The notes beneath the pieces are model-generated. The model saw only the letters and a program-made list of their open reading frames with translations, had not been told where the DNA came from and did no database searches. Made by a program: the position numbers and the translations under genes. A stretch of 64,000 bases of DNA, taken from contig NMRA01000540.1 in assembly GCA_002633005.1 (NCBI GenBank), positions 229,369 to 293,368 of the forward strand. Reading direction: 5' to 3'. Of the stretch, positions 49,647 to 62,205 are shown in pieces. Position 1 is the first letter of the stretch. Each line of letters begins with the position of its first letter. The stretch comes from Phoronis australis. Lineage: Eukaryota > Animalia > Phoronida.

Positions 49647-51856
49647 TGTTTGAACTGGTGAAAAGTTCTAGAACATTGCATTTGTCTATAAATACCCAAG
49701 CAAAAAGCGGACATTAAGTCGTTAGCTGTGTCTCCTACCATACAAGAGGTGGGATTAAAGGAGTGTTAAGAATCCCAGCATGAAGATTCATCAATGAAAA
49801 AGCTGTGGGAGGAAGCTGAAGCCCAAGTTCAACGACAGACCAAAGGCAAGGCGTCATACATGATGGAGGTTCAACGAGGAATACTCTATCGGATATTCAA
49901 GAAGAAAAACGGTGACGAGATGAAACAAGTTGTCGTGCCGAGCAGTTTCCAGAAGTCCGTAATAAGGCTCGCTCATGAGTCTATGCTTGGTGGACACCTC
50001 GGTGTTAGGAAGACAACTGACAGTATCACCAGCAACTTCTATTGGCCAGGAGTGGCATTAGAAGTGACCCGATTCTGCAGATCATGCGACATCTGCCAGA
50101 AGACAATCCCTAATGGTCGTGTGACCAAAGTACCCCTGGGAGAGATGTCTTTGATGGAGGAGCCTTTCAAAAGGATCGCGATCGATCTGATTGGCCCTAT
50201 AGCTTCAGTTTCCGAAAGGGGAAACAGATAAATTCTCACAGTGGTAGATTTCGCTACAAGATACCCAGAAGCAGTGGCGCTACCGAAGATTAAGACAGAG
50301 CTTGTGGCTGAAGCATTATTAGAAGTCTTCAGTAGAGTAGGGTTCCCGCGAGAGATCCTGAGTGATCGTGGAACGCAGTTCACAGCGGAACTGATGACGG
50401 AGGACATCAGGCTTGTGAGTGCACAGCAGCTGTTCACGACCCCTTACAATCCACGCTGTAACGGGCTCTGTGAAAGAATCAACGGTGTACTAAAAGCCTT
50501 GCTGAAGAAGATGGGCAAAGAAAGACCAAATGATTGGGACCGGTATCTGCCAGCTGTCTTGTTTGCACAGGATTTTCACCCTTTGAGCTGTTATACGGCA
50601 GAACATTAAGAGGTCCGATGCAAATACTGAGCGAACTCTGGACAGGATAAGACAACAACGAAGTTCGTAATACTTACCAGTATGTTTTCGAGCTCAGGGA
50701 CAGTTTAGAGGAGACCTGCGAGTTGGCTAGAAAAAGTTTGAACAATGCACAAGGTATTCACAAGCATTACTACGACAAGAAGGCCAGAGATGGCAGTTTC
50801 AAATGGGACAAAGAGTGATGGTTTTACTTCCCACAGACCACAACAAGCTTACACTGCAGTGGAAGGGGCCTTACAAAGTTAAAGAAATAGTCAACCGTAT
50901 GGAATACAGAAACAACAAGATCTTTCATGCCAAGCTGTTGAAGGCATACCACGAACGCGAAACTTCAATACGGTGAGCGGCATTACTTCGCAGAAGAGGA
51001 GTGTTTGCTGTTCAATGCTTTCAGTGCAAACTACGTAAGTCGACTATCAAAGCCGCAAGTCAGGGAGCACTTTAGAGACAGGTACATGTGCAAAGGCAGG
51101 TTATATATGCCAGATGATTTTGGCAGGGGTGTGTTGTCAGAATATAGACTGACACTGTTTTTAGGTGTATTGTTTTGTTTTGTTGTTCTGTTTGATTGGC
51201 ATGACCCCTAACTTAAGTACAGTGATGATGTAATTTGTTTACTACAGAATAGTATGGAACTTTCTAGAAGAATTAGGTCAGTACAATGATGATGTCATTT
51301 ATTTACTACAGAAATAGTGTGGAATTTTCTAGAAGACTCTAGCATGATAGTGATTAATGCAGTCTGAAATATTCTAAAGATTAGTACATGTTTGTAGAAT
51401 GGTTGGGTAGATTTTGGAAAGTTCTAGAACGTGCTTGAACTGGTGAAAAGTTCTAGAACATTGCATTAGTCCATAAATACCCAAGCACGGGTTTGTGTTA
51501 GTCAGATAATCAGCAGCTAATCAGAAGAAAAGCAGTTGGAGTTACAGTTGAGTTGCACTAAAGAGAATCAGCAGTTACAGCGACAGTCAATAGAGAGCCA
51601 GCTATAGAGACAGCAGGTCATTGATTCAGCGAGTGTAACAGTTGCTGAACGTGTCTCAGAGAAGTTCATCACAAGTCAAGTCTGGAGCGTAGAACGGACA
51701 TTGCGTCGGACGTTTTGTTTGAGTAGGATTGTGAACGTACGGTCGAGATTAATAAAGGATTAACTCGAACCAGTCTTCAGTCAATCATCGCACAGAAAGC
51801 TATTAGCACCGGTCTGTAACAACCTGCGCTCACCCACACACGGGGAAAACGTGACA
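49647..51856 (+). mobile_element. Internally deleted Ty3/Gypsy LTR retrotransposon (Gmr1-like) with integrase, intact 3-prime LTR 51135-51856 and a short 5-prime LTR remnant
   Basis: Integrase zinc finger AHESMLGGHLG...CRSCDICQK and core IDLIGP...VDFATRYPEA...SDRGTQF...NGLCER, with premature stop and frameshifts; WKGPY; purine tract ggcagggg before TGTCA...TGACA LTR ends; 49647-49701 repeats LTR sequence 51432-51487. Confidence 0.93.
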
Positions 51857-52491
51857 AACGTCTTCCACTGATTACATCACGTGGCGAGAAACGAAGAAAA
51901 TCATTAATTTCTCTTTTAAATTCAAAAATCCGTAATAATTTCCAAAAATAATTTTTGTTTAGTTAGAATTTGTGCTATAAAAATATTATACACAGTCTAA
52001 AACCTCAAAAAGTGCAAGAGTCTACAGTGTTAACATTTAAATTGTGAAACACGGGAAAGTAGAGCCAATCACAATTGTATAGGCCGTATTTCACTGTTGG
52101 TGTGCAGTCTTGTGGTGAAGAACAGCCACGTGTACGACGGCGCATTTGATTGCGCTCATTCAGTTGGATTACCTAAAGCATTGGTCCAAGGCGTCATTCC
52201 TGAAAAAGCAGTTTTACTACTCTAAAGATAGCAAAACATTAACGATGAAAATTCCGACGGACGATGATCAGGCGGCTACTTAAGGCCTCGCTAGTTTCAA
52301 TCTTGGTTATCATAAATAAATAAAGCCAAATAGCGTCAATGGCTAACAAAATTCTTCAAAAATGTTATTCAATTCCAACTAAAACGCTTTGTTATGGGTA
52401 AATACATTATATCTATACTCAGAATTAAGGTATATTGCGACCTAATATAGTGAGCATGTGTTTTTACTGATACAATCGTCTGGTCGCAGCG

Positions 52492-52932
52492 CAGCCTCGT
52501 CCTGAGACTTGGTTATGGGAAATCAAATGTGTTAGAATTCTGAAACATTTTTCGGAATATGACTCGTGATATAACTTGAAATTTGCCTTCAGTATAACAT
52601 AAAAGTGATCAGGATATTGCAGTAATTTAGGTCTAAATTATTCCAAAATGATTTACATGTATTTTGATTCGAAAACAGATTAATTTGTAGTACACTATAA
52701 ATAAAAGGAATTGAAAATAAGTACGCCAAAAACCTTTATTTCAAATAACAACCAAAACAATGCCTTCTGCTTCATGAATAGCGACAAAAACGCCTGTGAA
52801 AATAATTAAAATCTGCCTTTGTTTTAGCGACGTCAAGGCAGCGACCAATCATTGCACAGAATGTAATTCCCATAACCAAGTCTCGAATGGCTAAACCGAT
52901 GAGCGCAATCTCGAGGCTTGAGGACGAGGCTG
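52492..52932. mobile_element. MITE (CAGCCTCGTCCT...AGGACGAGGCTG, Academ-like); related end at 22818-22872
   Basis: 12-bp perfect TIR plus inner inverted block gagacttggttatgggaa / ttcccataaccaagtctc; reverse complement of the right end matches cagcctggtcccaagcctcaagatgacgctgatcggtttagccatt at 22818. Confidence 0.8.
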
Positions 52933-53453
52933 CTTGCAGCTTCCTCAATTATCCCTCGCGCTGGTAGCGTAAAATCTGCTTTTTGCGATAGAGCATGGGT
53001 GGTGCACAACTGGAGCCCCCAATTTTTTTAGTCGGCTGCGTCGCCCATGGTGACAAGGCAGTGCACCATAGCTGATACGGGGGAGGGTCCCATGTATTTC
53101 AGTACTGCTCTGCCATTTTTATCTCGAGGCCTGCGAATCAGCACAGTTTCAACCGTTACTATCCGGTGCTGTGATAAGCACGGGTGAAAATTTTCTATGC
53201 TATTTACAGTCAAGAAGTTAAGATACGTCTAGAGTTCTATACTATAACATAGTTCAAAACGCCCACGTGAGCACAGAAGTTTTGTCAATGACTATTTATG
53301 GAAATTAAAATGGCGCCTGCATTCTGTTTGTTTTTTTGCACTGACGGTTGTAAAAACTCACAGGATCACAGACGATTCACTTAAAAACAACGACAGTGGC
53401 CAGATTTGCTGACATCCATGTCAATGATTGCGCGTGCTGTGTTGAATCCTCAC

Positions 53454-53516
53454 CTGCATCATCACGGGGACACCCTGAGGCTGGACAGTGAGTGGCTGTT
53501 GAGGAACAACACTCAT
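53454..53516 (-). CDS. PLAC8: PLAC8-family first coding exon: MSVVPQQPLTVQPQGVPVMMQ
   Basis: accATG 12 nt after acceptor ctattgcag (exon starts 53528), donor CAG|GTGAG, phase 0. Spliced CDS is 501 nt = 166 aa + stop. Confidence 0.85.
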
Positions 53517-55150
53517 GGTGCTTAGAATCTGCAATAGTGGGTTAGAATTAGTTACTATTTGGGCAAAACGTTTGTGCACATGTACCGGTGCAGCAGGAGT
53601 CCAGCGACCCACCAGCTGCACGTATTTGGACACATAAACTCGGGGTCGTTGGTTGCTTGAATTACCCGGTCGGATGCATTATTCAAATACATGAAGGTGG
53701 GACACAGAAATACAGGGGGGATACCTAGAATTTCTGTAAATGATCAACCGCTCGGTTATTTTAAGTTCAGGGTCTATTGAAACACGAAACTTGCACCACG
53801 AGTTTAAACACATAGAAATGAACCCGTGCATTACAAATCCACGAGTTCATACAATTTTAAAGGAGTATCCAGACAAATCCACGGTTTTGTCGTCCAATTT
53901 CGGCCTACTTCGGAACACCGTAACTCTTAAAGCGCCGACTGGATTCCCTTGAAACTTTCAGATACTATGTTTTATACACTGTACTCTACACGCGTCTATG
54001 AGTTGTTTTTTAAAATCTTCCACTTTTGTATGACGAACTTATATATGTGTTTTATGGAAAAATGAAAATTTCTAGGAACGAAAAGGAAACTTATAACGGA
54101 GTTTTTAAGACTTTATTTTGAATGAAATCTGGTCATGTGGCCTCTGTTGTTGTTTTGCTATAATGTTACCCTTATTTTTGCTAAATTTTTCCAAAAAGGC
54201 AAGGTAGCGTGACCTAATTAGGGTCAGATTGTTATAAAATCAAACATTAAATTCTTCGGAATTGATACATTTTAGAAGTATACACGTTTGCTGAGTTAAT
54301 TTCTATGGTTTTGTAAGTGTGTGGCAAAATGTACAGACTCGTGGATAAGGTCCTACGTACATTTACATGTACATGTAGAAGTAGCTTAAACAAAATTGTC
54401 ATGTGGCCTACGCATAGGCGCTCAGACGAGTAACAACTGGTTTTAAGTGCGAGCAAGTGGTTTTGATGTCTGACAAATTGTTGATGATTGCCTTGACATT
54501 GCTGAGAGCCTGAGACACGACGGCTCTGGTCTATTCTGTGCCACGACCTGACACAAATATGACGTTGGGTAATTCAGCAACGAAGGAGGAGGATTGGTCC
54601 GTGTGCAAAAAAGAAAGATGTCCGGGAATTGCAAAAAATGGTGCGGGAGGGGGCAATGAGGTAAACCTATGTCAGCCTAGGTGTATTTGTCATGTGAAAG
54701 TGCAAAGCCTTAGTGATGCGGAGTCAACACCCAACAATTAAAATATGTCAAATAACGTCACGTTAAACTTGGCTGTTATTGGCGAAATTGACATGAAAAT
54801 CAGTGCAACTGCTTCCGGAAGAGGTTTCCGTAGGCCTAGTTTCTGGCAAGAATAGCACAAGATCTCGCAAGCCATTCCAAAATCACGCAAGCGAAAAGCG
54901 AGCGGGTGTTTTTTTGCGAGTGCGCTTTAGAGCTTTACAGCCCGTCACTGCAAAATGATGGCCATTGAAGGGACTTGTCGGTGAAGTTAGAGTGCTGAAC
55001 TGTGCCACTGAACTCACTATTACCGTTTTAAGGGAATATTTTTGCTGAAAGTTCAAGCTAATACCTTACGATTTATGGAACTCAGCTCACGCCGTGTTAG
55101 CGCAAATATGAATTAGGATATGGGTTCAATGATGTAATGTTGTAGAATAG

Positions 55151-55398
55151 GGGCCCGTTCCAACAAAACCGACTTAGCTAAGACAAATCTTTATTTTATG
55201 TAAATTTCAAAATAAAAGGTAAATTTGCCTAAATACCAATTCAAGAAGGGGATCTTAAGTTTGGCTTAGGTGTTTGACATAAGTTTTGTCTTAATATTGA
55301 CTTACTTACCGAGTGTGCAAGTTTCAAAGTTTTGAAGTTGAGACAAATCTTAAACTTAAGTAAAAAATGAACTCAATTCAGTTTCTTGAAACAGGCCC
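55151..55398. mobile_element. PIF/Harbinger-like MITE (GGGCC termini)
   Basis: gggcccgttccaacaaaac versus reverse complement of right end gggcctgtttcaagaaac; internal cttaag-rich repeats. TSD unclear. Confidence 0.6.
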
Positions 55399-57044
55399 AA
55401 TTGTTCTTGAATGAACTGGAACTGGGAACCTTAAACCATTTTCGAAGTTCCAGGCTCCATATATTGAGGCCACGGATCCACGGACAAATACATTAAAACC
55501 GATGGCAAGGTGATTGGAACCTGGCATGAAATAGCAATACACGAACTCACCACGCGATATATGACAAGTGTCATCTCATACAGCAGTGTACCCTTTTTGT
55601 TCCTTATAATATCGTTTATAAGCCGCTCGATCTGGCATGACAGCACATCTTAATACTTTTTTGGCACTTGAAATCATGACGACGGATCACATGTCCTGAG
55701 GTGAGAAGTTTGAGCCTTCGTAGCGCCCACAAAATAAAGAAAATATAGTGGGTTGGGTTTGACGACAGTTCTGTGGACATAAGGGAAAGTGAATGACACA
55801 AAGGATATTCACCCATTTTTGGAAGCTGTTTTTAGCAAATATATTCCAGACTTTTGGCCTCTATTGTTGTTTATCCAGATACGGAAGTCCCTGCCATTTT
55901 CCGAGCACAACCTTCTTCACTGTTGAACTTTTGGGGAAAATCTACGTACCCTTCAGACAAGTGGAAATAATAAAAAATCCGGTGGACAATGACACATTTT
56001 ATCCTAAATATTTGGAATTTAGACCTCAAGTCCATTCGGATTATTGTTTTGTCTTTTGAAACGGGAAGTCGCGAATTTATTACTTTAGGTACAAAAAGGC
56101 CAGAATCTCAATTTTTGATAATTTTTTGGCATCTAAAATTTTTTCCTATGGACGTAGCATGGCAAAAAGACTTGGCCATAGACTGTGCTTTCTGTCAATA
56201 TTTCAATGACGTCATTTGTAGTTTGTCCTAGGTGATAGCACGTGATTGGCTAGACTAGTATATTTAATTTCTTCACATTAATTTCGCGTTCACCTCTTAC
56301 GATGGCAGATATGAGATAAGGTGCCTCTGTCAACGTTCGTTTCATAGTAACGCTATCGGCGAAAAAAATATTTTCCGATAAAAGCCTCAGTGTGCCTTCG
56401 CAGAGGGACCCTTCGTTGGCACATTCAACCGCTTTGCTGACTGAACTAAATCTCACTCGATAAATGGCTTTAATAATTTAAGCGTAGTTAACTGAAAAAT
56501 GCATCGGCCTTAATTTATTAAGCCAAGAAAGCTCCCAAACTCATAAAATATGGGCGTCAAAAATATGACACAGATACCAATATATTGAGATGTATACACA
56601 AGTTTTCCTACCTATTGAAAATATACACTGTACATATGTAACCATCAAGATAACCATCATAAATGCAAAAAGAAATGTACATTTTAATATAAATATATAA
56701 TAACCTAGTGTATAACATCTCGCTATAAAGATCAATGATAATTCGGTATGAAATATGGCTTATAGATACAGTCGTCCATCAAGAAATAAGACATAATTTT
56801 GGTAAGCACGCAATGTTGGTACATTAACAAAATAGATGATGGTATGCCGTGCAGTTACCGACTCGTAAGAATATAAAATAGCAAAGGTAAAAAGGCGAGT
56901 AGTGGCGTACGCATGGTGAGAGGAAGGGTCTAAACAGAATTATGAACAACACTGTTAGTTGTAATGGCCGATATTATTCATGCTGCCTATTGTGTATTTT
57001 ATTTATATCTATTTATATCTATTTATTCGGTAGTCTGTGTCATG

Positions 57045-57079
57045 CCCTTGATAAAGAGCATATCGCTCGAAACGTGGGG
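57045..57079 (+). ncRNA. Minimal type I hammerhead-ribozyme-like motif (Penelope/retrozyme type, variant core)
   Basis: CCC-UUGAUAA-A-GAGC(AUAUC)GCUC-GAA-ACGU-G-GGG: stem I CCC/GGG, U3-A8 in place of C3-G8, stem II hairpin, GAAA, palindromic ACGU stem III. Cleavage triplet is GUG, not NUH. Confidence 0.5.
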
Positions 57080-57870
57080 AATATTTTTAATATATTTTAA
57101 AATATTTTAGTACCGACGCTCGTCTTTTTACTAAACTATTTTAACTAATACGGTGTTTCAGCAAATCTTTTCCTCATGAAATAGAAATTTAACAACTTTT
57201 TCGAATGAAACAACAGTGTTACTTGCATGAAGATTTCTATTCACATTGAGCAAAAATCGAGGTGTTGATCGACTGTTTATGGAAAAGCTCTTTGATTATC
57301 GTTTACTGTGCAATCAAAGAAGATAGAATTAAATGTCCCGAAGGCTACACAGCAACAGTGGTGAAAACTGTGTCTGAATTTGTTGCGGTTGAGAAACAAT
57401 CCGCATGTTGACAGGTATAGGTGGCGCTGCACTCTTGGGGTGTTGCCGCGGCCCGGCAATTTGCAGTGGTAAAAATGAAATTCTAGGGATAGGTCAGGCG
57501 TTGGGGCGGTTTTGAGGTAGGCGTTGTATTTAGGCTAAGTGAATCGGGTTTAAATTGCTTGTATTTGACTGAGGACTACTTGTTCGGCCATAGATGCACT
57601 CTTCTTTAAGATGGCGGCCCCCTGTTGCATTTGTGCATTGCTAAGTAGCGACTGAGAAATCGGATGTGACTTCAGGTAGCACTCAAGAACAAGTCAAAAG
57701 TGCAAAAGAAATTAGTTGGTGGACAGCACTTTTGAACCACATTTTTGGAATCCGTAGGAACTTTGCTTTCAGAATCTAATGTTATCTATTTGTCGCGCAT
57801 GAGTAAAGAAGTTGTGGTTTTGGGATGAGAAGTGTCAATTATATATTTTACTCCGTTTTTCTATGCTTAC

Positions 57871-57956
57871 CTTGCTTTTCAGTAGGAGCGAAAGGGACAA
57901 ACGTACACAACAGACAAAAGTTTCAGTACTGTTCTCATTAGCAGGGCTTTTTATTT
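57871..57956 (-). promoter_or_regulatory. Candidate promoter and non-coding first exon of the PLAC8-family gene
   Basis: Minus strand: AAATAAAAA about 25 nt upstream of Inr-like ACAGT, ~60 nt without ATG, then consensus donor AAG|GTAAGC. The first coding exon has an acceptor, so an upstream exon is expected. Confidence 0.4.
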
Positions 57957-60212
57957 GAAACGAGTCAATATTTTTCATTCTTTGCATGCTGTTTTCGCCC
58001 AAAGTCCGTGTGTTCTGATAGGCAAACCCACTCTCTAAATGGGTAGGTACACGTATTCAAAATTTTCGGGCAACACTCCTCATCTAAAAATACTCCAGTA
58101 TCCCCCGGCCGTGTCTGATACCACTTGTTCGTGATTTTGTTCATTTTCTTTGAAATATGACGTGGCTTTCGTAAAATGTATCAATGGAACAATTCTCGCA
58201 TGTGCGTTCGACGTGAAACGTAACAACTACAGCGTACGTAAATTGTAACAACTTGTTACCTTTTAGGAGAAGCTTAGCAACATAAATTGTAACAATGACA
58301 TTTTACGGCGTATCAGTTGATCCCACCGTTACTAAACTCTTAGCTACCCAGGTTGCCCAGCTTTGACGACCTATTCGAATCGCACGCATAGCCGTCAATT
58401 ATAGTGTACATGTACCCGATAAGTATTTTTTCCTTGTCAGATCTTTGCTGATAAAAGCCTCGGTTTAACTATTTCGCTCTGTACTCGATAACAACTAATG
58501 TGGTAATGTATAGACTAATATTAGGGTTGCCGTTACCGTGCACCTGGTGTCCATACATAGCTACAACGGCTACATTAAGACTTGATAGATTAGGAACTAA
58601 TCTGGCCAAGAAGAAATTTTTTCCTCGCAGATAAGGAATTACTTCCTTATTATTGTCACGTACACCACAAAATAGGGGCGAAATTTTCTCATCGAAGATC
58701 TCGTAATTTTCCAAACTAACTAAACTAGGTTAACATTAACAAGCGTAGGAAAAGGTGAGGACGAGGNTGGCACAAGCCTCGTCCACTAATGAAGTTTAGG
58801 AGCAGCGTTCCCCTTATGAACAGGAACGTAGGAACGTGGGGGCTGGGAGGGTACAAGCCTTCCTACAATTTGCTAGTAAAACTTGTGACTACCAGCATGG
58901 GCATAGGACGTGGTAGGAAGAAAAACCTAGCAAGGGGAAGAATTTGTTTGAGACCATTTGTCAGCTACCAGTGCTAGGGGCATAGGAACGTTTTAGGGAG
59001 CTCTCAGTTTTTAAAACAAAATTACATTATTTATGAAAACCCGTCCCAGGAAACTTGTCATGTATTGATTTTCCAGAACAAATTGATTCACAACAAATAT
59101 TTTTAGGGAGTGCAAAGTGTTTTGATTAATATACCGCTTCATAAAAATTCTAAAATAAAACATTTATGGCAGTTTTTTCCTGTTTTTCATCTGTATCATT
59201 TTAGCGGCAACTCACCGATAGGGCGGGCAACAAAAACACCCACTATTCTGAAAGATGACTGCTATGATATCCATAGCGTATTTGGCCGCATTAAAAGCCC
59301 TTTAATAGCACTTATTAATTATTGTCCGTTTCCAGGGGTATTAATGGGTATTATAGAATGCTAATTTATCTCGAGCATTCCATAATAACAAAGAAATCTT
59401 CGTAGCACGCTCCGTTTTCCCTTGAGTATTATTTAGTGTACAGGCTTGCGAAACGGTACAACCTTTCGGAAAATTTGCCAGTTGACAAAGCCTGTCTTTT
59501 TCGGATAACGAGTAAGAATGTTGGCCACTAAATGCGGTTTCAGATTATGTTACCCGATGATGGAAAAGTTTCAGCCGTAATGCCTCTTTTAAAGAAAGGT
59601 ATTTAGAAAGCATTGTTTATGAACAGGAAGTTCTTTGCGCAAAACTCCCAGTGTCGACCAGACTGTGTAATTTTGATGGCCGAATGATGGTACTCAAAGT
59701 GTGTTTGCTCTCCATCGCAAACAAAGATTTCCGCGAAATTGTTGATGCTTGACTGAACTTTGATGATAGATGAAATTCAGGAAAATCTCGATTCATTCTA
59801 CCCCAAACAATCCTTCAACGCATGGCCCTAATGAAATGAGGTTTTGGAGTGTAAAACTGGTATCAATCTTGAAGAGAAACTGGGTAGAGGCGGAGGCCAA
59901 ACTCAATGGAGTCGACAGGGCTAAGGCTGTCCGCCAGGTACATGTACCTGTGTTTACCCCTTCGGCACGCACTCTCATTTGTTTTTCGCACCACTTAAAC
60001 AACTAAACTTACGCCTATGGTATTAAGTGCTAATGGGTCAGGTGGCCATGTGTAAATATTTTTATTATTTGCAAAATCAGAACGTTCAGGTCGGTGACTA
60101 CATGTATGTGCAAAATAATGCCGTTCCTGTTTTAAGAACATTGCCAGAAAAATGACCGTGAATCTTTGAATTGCGATTCTAGTGTGACTGAGATAGAAAG
60201 GGCTATTCAATT

Positions 60213-60330
60213 ACTCTCCTGCCGAAAGGCGGCGGGTATTGGTGGCGTGGTTGTCGAAATGTTAAAGTGTGCCAGTAGTCAAATAAGTCATTTACTAGTG
60301 GCTCTATTCAACAGGATTTTGCACAGTGTT
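60213..60330 (+). mobile_element. Short LINE reverse-transcriptase fragment
   Basis: RKAAGIGGVVVEMLKCASSQISHLLVALFNRILHS matches the KAxGxDG..EMLK...LFN motif at the start of non-LTR RT domains. Confidence 0.65.
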
Positions 60331-62076
60331 GTCATGTTATTTTAGTACCGCCATTATGTACTCGAGCACAGAGAAATAAATACTTATCTGGAGTTCGTGC
60401 CAAAGTAGAGACGAACATGTTAAAAACAATTTAGAATCCGATTTCGACCAAAGGGTGGTTTTCTGTAATTTTCATGAAATAAAATGTATTCATCATGTTA
60501 ACTTTTTATATTGTATTGAATTCTATTGTATTGTATGGTGCTGCGTTGTATTGTTGAATATCGTGCGATGCTGTATTATTTCCAGCTGTGTGCATATATT
60601 ATTGTTTTTATAATTATTATTCATTATTCAATTACAGTACATTGATTTTTTTGGTTGTCGGTGGTGAGCTATTAGCGGCCTATACGTATTCTGGTCACTC
60701 TGTGGTGTAATTCTACTGTGTTATGTCATGTAAAAATAAAACGTGTTTCTCTCTTGCTATCTGTTCTAAATGAAAGCCGTAGTCGTTGCAAATTACAATT
60801 AGTGACATGCGCGCACGACGCTGCTGATTATCAGTGCATTGTGCAAGCATTTCATGATCCATGGCACATTACGCCCTCAGAATCAGATAGTCATAAACTG
60901 TTGTACTTCTATGTTCAGCTTTTCTAATGAGATAATTATGTGAAAAAATTTACTCAACGGCAATTCTCATCATTGGTCGTAATTCAGCGTAGATGGAATT
61001 AAATTGACTTTTTAAAACATCAGATTTCTATTTCAAACTGATTTCTAAAAATCACGGAATGAAGACTTCGGAAGTAAAAGAGTACCGGTATTACAGACAA
61101 ACTGAATTACCGAGCCAGTCATACTAGAATGCGCAAATAGTCTTCGTGCGTGCGTCGCACCTTCACTTTGTAAGGTGGGCGCTTTGGGTTTCACATTCAT
61201 CAGTATTAGCAGCGGATTGAACTCACGTGCACTGTACGATAAAATGTTTCAGTGCTTCAGTATATTCAGTATAATAAGGCGATCTACCTACCTGTCTGCA
61301 AATATGTCCAAATTACCTACTGCACAAAGGACCAATGCCTGCTACAACTTAAAAACAAGCCAAGTCTTAGAGGTCACGGGACAGCCACCGAAGATATACC
61401 TTTGTGTTTAGCTGAGCATCGCGTAACTCGGTATTATTGGTTGATTGATTGATTAGTTTTTGGGCTAGATCACTGAGTTATCTAGGAATCATAAGGGGGG
61501 GGGGCAACATTTTTCTCGTAAACAGCACGATTTACAGAGGCGCATAGCGCCTGATGGAGAAGCCCCCTGCCGCCCCCGAGAAAATTCTGTTTGCCTCTAA
61601 AATCAAGCATTTTCCTTGATTACTTCATTGCCACTCATATTTCGTTTTTCTGTGAAAAACTGAAGTAGTTTTCTTTATTGCACTGTGGAGCCGACGACGG
61701 AAACGGAGTGGTAGTGAGAAGCACCACTGCCGGTCGCCTGAGATATCACGCAGATATCGACCAGGAGCGGCACAACTTGGCCATAGTTACCGCTACGATG
61801 GCGCCGGTCTAAATCGAACACTTGAATTCGGGTATGAGCCTCCCCCCACCCCCCTGGCATACACAAACTGAAACTTCACGGATTGTCAAATCTTGTTCAA
61901 TGGCATGATGTTTATTACCTTTGTTAATTTATAAACTCAATATTGCCTCACACTTTTGCTGTTTTATGTTTTATTTTTGGCGGCGTCAAAGGGGGGGGGC
62001 TGCCCCTCCTAAATCCGCCTATGTAGCTACAGGCGCCTGACATCGAGTTGAGCCACCCCACTGGTGGCGTATCTAC

Positions 62077-62205
62077 TTAGTGTTTAGCACAGCGGACAAT
62101 CTTCCTTGTTGGCTCCATGCACCTCTCATCTGGAACAACACGACTGAAGTTGATGTCACTCTTTCTTTTCTTGATGTTGGTCTGGATTCTCTGCCAGCAA
62201 CAAAA
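62077..62205 (-). CDS. Candidate terminal exon of a gene starting beyond the window: FCCWQRIQTNIKKRKSDINFSRVVPDERCMEPTRKIVRCAKH*
   Basis: Acceptor tttgtttctag, 43 codons open to TAA; no family recognised. Confidence 0.3.
   Translation of the reverse strand, partial: FCCWQRIQTNIKKRKSDINFSRVVPDERCMEPTRKIVRCAKH

Noticed and set aside
50039-50437. 132-aa minus-strand ORF
   Set aside because: Antisense shadow of the Gypsy integrase.
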